Notes under the pieces: model-generated | Told to the model about the DNA's origin: nothing | Seen by the model: only the letters and a program-made list of their open reading frames with translations | The model's database searches: none | Translations under genes and position numbers: made by a program | Part shown: positions 61,109 to 64,000 of the stretch, piece after piece | Layout: each line of letters starts with the position of its first letter | How positions within the stretch are numbered: position 1 is the first letter of the stretch | DNA from: Felis catus | Lineage: Eukaryota | Length of the DNA: 64,000 nucleotides | NCBI RefSeq assembly: GCF_018350175.1 | Contig: NC_058368.1 | Coordinates: 235,230,001 to 235,294,000 of the forward strand | Direction: 5' to 3'

Positions 61109-61326
61109 TTTTTAACGTTTATTTATTTATTATTGAGAGTCAGAGAGAGACAGAGCATGAGCGGGGGAGGGGCAGAGAGAGACAGAGGGAGACACAGAAC
61201 CTGAAACAGGCTCCAGGCCCCAAGCTGTCAGCCCAGAGCCCGACGCGGGGCTGGAACTCACGAACCGTGAGATCGTGACCTGAGCCGGAGTCGGACGCTT
61301 AACCGACTGAGCCCCCTGGGCGCCCC
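61109..61326 (-). mobile_element. Can-SINE (SINEC_Fc-related)
   Basis: tttatttatt tail; head 'cttaaccgactgagccccctgggcgcccc'. Confidence 0.95.
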
Positions 61327-62014
61327 ACAACATGGTGGCTTTTAACGCTGCTTGGCTAGAGCCCGTGGAAGGTGCTTGCTGGCACCAGGGCCGCGGACTG
61401 GCCCCTCCAGCGACCAGCAGGTGCACCTGTCTCTGACCTCAGCAGACTTTACACGCGGGACAGGAACGTGGGCGGCTATGGGAGGGACAGGGCGGCACGG
61501 TGGGTTCAGTCCCAGAATCCCCAGCGCAGGGCCAGGCAGCCGTCGGTGATGCCCAAGAAGCAGACCTGAGACACGGGGTGGCGTGCGTGTGACAAGAAAG
61601 GGGGCTGAGCAGAAGCCAGCGCCAGTCGAAGCCGGGCAAGGACGGGGAGCCAAGCGAGGGGAGATGCCAAGCAAAGTCGCTCGATGGCAGCTCGACTGAC
61701 CCCACAGGGAGCCCGGGGTGTGAGCTCCGCCTCCCCCATCGAGGCAGCCGGCACCAGGCGCCGCACCTGGGGACACGGTCAGCGGTCACCCTGGGCCAGG
61801 CACTCCTGCTCTGTGCACCTGGGAGGACAGGCCCAGCAGCCCGAGGAGGCCAGTGCATCAGGGAGGAGCCCCAGCTTCTGGCCACTGAATGGGCGCTGAA
61901 GAGGGGGACCAGCACGGAGCAGCACCCAGGGACCCGGGGGGATCCGAGCAAGGACCTGGCTTCGTCCACCACAGGCCGTGACTATTTTTTATCATTTGAC
62001 ACTTAAGCAATGTA

Positions 62015-62310
62015 TGCATAGGAATTCACTTCACCCTTGTAACAATCCATTTTACAGACGGGTAAGTTGTGCACAGAGAGGTTGGTTAAGTGGCCAGAGG
62101 TCGCAGGCCTCCTCTGTGGTCATATTCCTAGGGATGGAATAGCCGGGCCCCCAGTCCGCCCCGAGGGCCTGCGCTATGACCTTTCTGTTCTGCCTTCATG
62201 TAAGAGCGTGTTTCCTCCTCTGGAAAATGAAGTAACAACTAGCTAGTAAGGTCATACAGGAAGATCCTTGCTAATTACGAAACCACTGATGAACCGCATT
62301 CCGGGAGCAG
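62015..62310. mobile_element. Two MIR fragments in opposite orientation
   Basis: 'ccattttacagacgggtaagttgtgcacagagagg...taagtggccagaggtcgcag' and 'tgtttcctcctctggaaaatgaagtaacaac'. Confidence 0.65.
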
Positions 62311-62579
62311 GAAGAACCAGAAAGGGAACCTTGCTGGCCCCAGATGACCAGAGGCCTAGTCAGCTCCAGCCACGTGAGCCTCTGATCCCCGAGTCCAGTG
62401 TCAAGCTGGCTCATGGACAGGAACAACTATGCACATGTTTAACTCCACCCTCACGACAGCCTCTGTGCAACGGACACTTACACCCGTCCTCTTCCGCGTG
62501 CCAGGACCAACCTACAGAAGTTATCCTTAAAAACTGGCAGTTTTGTTTCCTTCACCTAATGGGGATTCCAGAGGCACTG

Positions 62580-63450
62580 GTTGCCAGCAATGATTCAGTG
62601 ACTCAGTCCGGATGTCTGGAAGCAGTCTGCTAGTCTCTTGGCCTTCCCTCAAGGTCACAAGATGGCTGCTGTGATTCCAGCCATCACACCCAAACCGCAA
62701 GCAACAGAAAGAAAGAGCCGAAGGGCAAAGGGAGAATGCTAAGTGCCAGCTGAGCCTTCTGCCTTTTCAAGTTTTCCTAGAAAGCTCACCCCAGGACACG
62801 CATCTGTCAGAACAGTTTCACATGGCGACATCGTGAGCAAAGGAGGCTAAGAAATAATACTCCCTGATCTGAGTTCACTGCTGCTCGAGAATGCTGTTTC
62901 CATGCGAGCATTATTTTTCTATTGCTTCCCTAAGAGAATACCGCAAACGTAGTGGCTTGAAACAACACACATGTATTCTTCTCCTCCGGTGTTAGAGATC
63001 GGTGTCTGACGTGCCTCACCGGGCTAAATTGGAGGTGTGGGCAGGGCTCTGTTCTTTTCTGCAGGCTGTAGCAAAGCATCCGTTTCCTTGGCTTCTCTGG
63101 CTCCCAGAGGCCACGTGCATTCTCTGGTTTGGGGCCCCTTGGGTCTTGAAAGCCAGCAAAGCCTCGTGGAGTCCTCTCGAACTTTGGTCTCTCTGGTTCT
63201 CCCTCTTCTGTCTCCCTCTTCCACTTTCAAGGGCCCTGTGATTACTTTGAGCCAACGCTGACAACCCAGAATCCTACCCCCACCTCAAGGCCTTCAGGGG
63301 CCTCAGTGCCCCTGTGCCGCGTAAGGTGACCCATTCACAGGTCCCAGGAAGTAGGTCGTGGACATCTTTGGGGGGAGGGGTGTCATTTTCCTGCCCACCA
63401 CAGTTGGAAAGGAAATAGACACTGGCTGGGCCACCAGCAACATCTACCCC
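62580..63450 (-). mobile_element. MLT1J/K-like LTR split by a nested MLT1D
   Basis: 'ggtcacaagatggctgctgtgattccagccatcaca', 'gcaaaggaggctaagaaa'; resumes after 63402 with 'ggaaaggaaatagacactggctgggccaccagca'. Confidence 0.7.
62907..63402 (-). mobile_element. MLT1D-like solo LTR
   Basis: 'agtggcttgaaacaacacacatgtatt', 'ctcaccgggctaaattggaggtgtgggcagggct', end 'ggacatctttggggggaggggtgtcattttcctgcccaccaca'. Confidence 0.88.
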
Positions 63451-64000
63451 TTGGGTAAGTGCCTGGATCCTTGCAGTAAAATGTTCAGTGAAAATAATCC
63501 CAGTTTCCTCTCTGGGCAGGGTTATAATATCAAGGAACGCAAGAAATAGCCACCAAGTACCTGGTTTTGTTTGGCACTGAAATTGGAAAGTGAGGCATGA
63601 GAGGGCTGACCGGCCTGCTCAGGTCACGGAGCAGCAGAGCTGGGGCTGCTCGTCGGGAATGGGGGGTGGAGGGTCGAGGTCGAGCTGGGACCTGGTCCTG
63701 GGTCTGCGTCCTCACGCCCCAGACGCGGCTCCTCCCCGGCACCCCGCCCTCCTGCCTTCCCCACCCAAGGCGTCAGGACTCCTGGGCCGTCCCTTTACGT
63801 TTGGGTGCACGAAGGGGGTGGGGGTGGGGACTGTGCTCGGCAGTCCCGCCCACCCCGCGCAAGGAATCAGATACTAAATAGTCACACTTCAGGACTCTGC
63901 GGTCTAGTCGCGACCCTCCCACCCGCGGTCCGCGAACGCAGGTGAATGGGCGTGGCTGCGCGACCAGGGCACTCTGTTCCCCGAGGCACCCAGCCCAGCC

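Noticed and set aside
397..61326. tRNA-like A/B boxes as tRNA genes; recurring short ORFs such as 'MAQSV...SSSPASGS' as a gene family
   Set aside because: All lie in tRNA-derived Can-SINEs with (CT)n and A tails. The peptides are SINE translation artefacts.
397..61326. SINE strand bias (12 plus, 4 minus) as evidence of a host transcription unit
   Set aside because: Two-sided binomial p is about 0.08, and the L1 and LTR orientations are mixed.

Overview
Mammalian, almost certainly felid (cat-family), genomic DNA. The tRNA-derived carnivore SINEs match the feline SINEC_Fc type. The window appears intergenic or deep intronic: I found no host protein-coding exon, RNA gene, CRISPR array or prokaryote-type system. 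Nearly all ORFs in the supplied track are chance or repeat-derived. The main element is a full-length (~7.45 kb), dead carnivore LINE-1 at 15576-23017. It has a recognisable CpG-rich 5' promoter, disrupted ORF1/ORF2, and a young SINE in the ORF2 start. The window also holds ~16 Can-SINEs, many ERVL-MaLR (MLT1) solo LTRs, MLT2, MER21-, MER31- and MER34-like LTRs, MER20/MER5 DNA-transposon relics, old L1M, L2 and MIR fragments, and micro/minisatellites. The most distinctive observation is a 77-bp locally templated insertion (37238-37314), flanked by a perfect 26-bp duplication. It copies a locus-specific nested-LTR junction 2.1 kb downstream. Also notable are unusually CpG-rich ancient repeats in the right part of the window, multi-layer nested insertions, and several repeat-free AT-rich islands that may be enhancers. 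Repeat subfamily names come from remembered consensus similarity, not a database search. Boundaries of old repeats are approximate.
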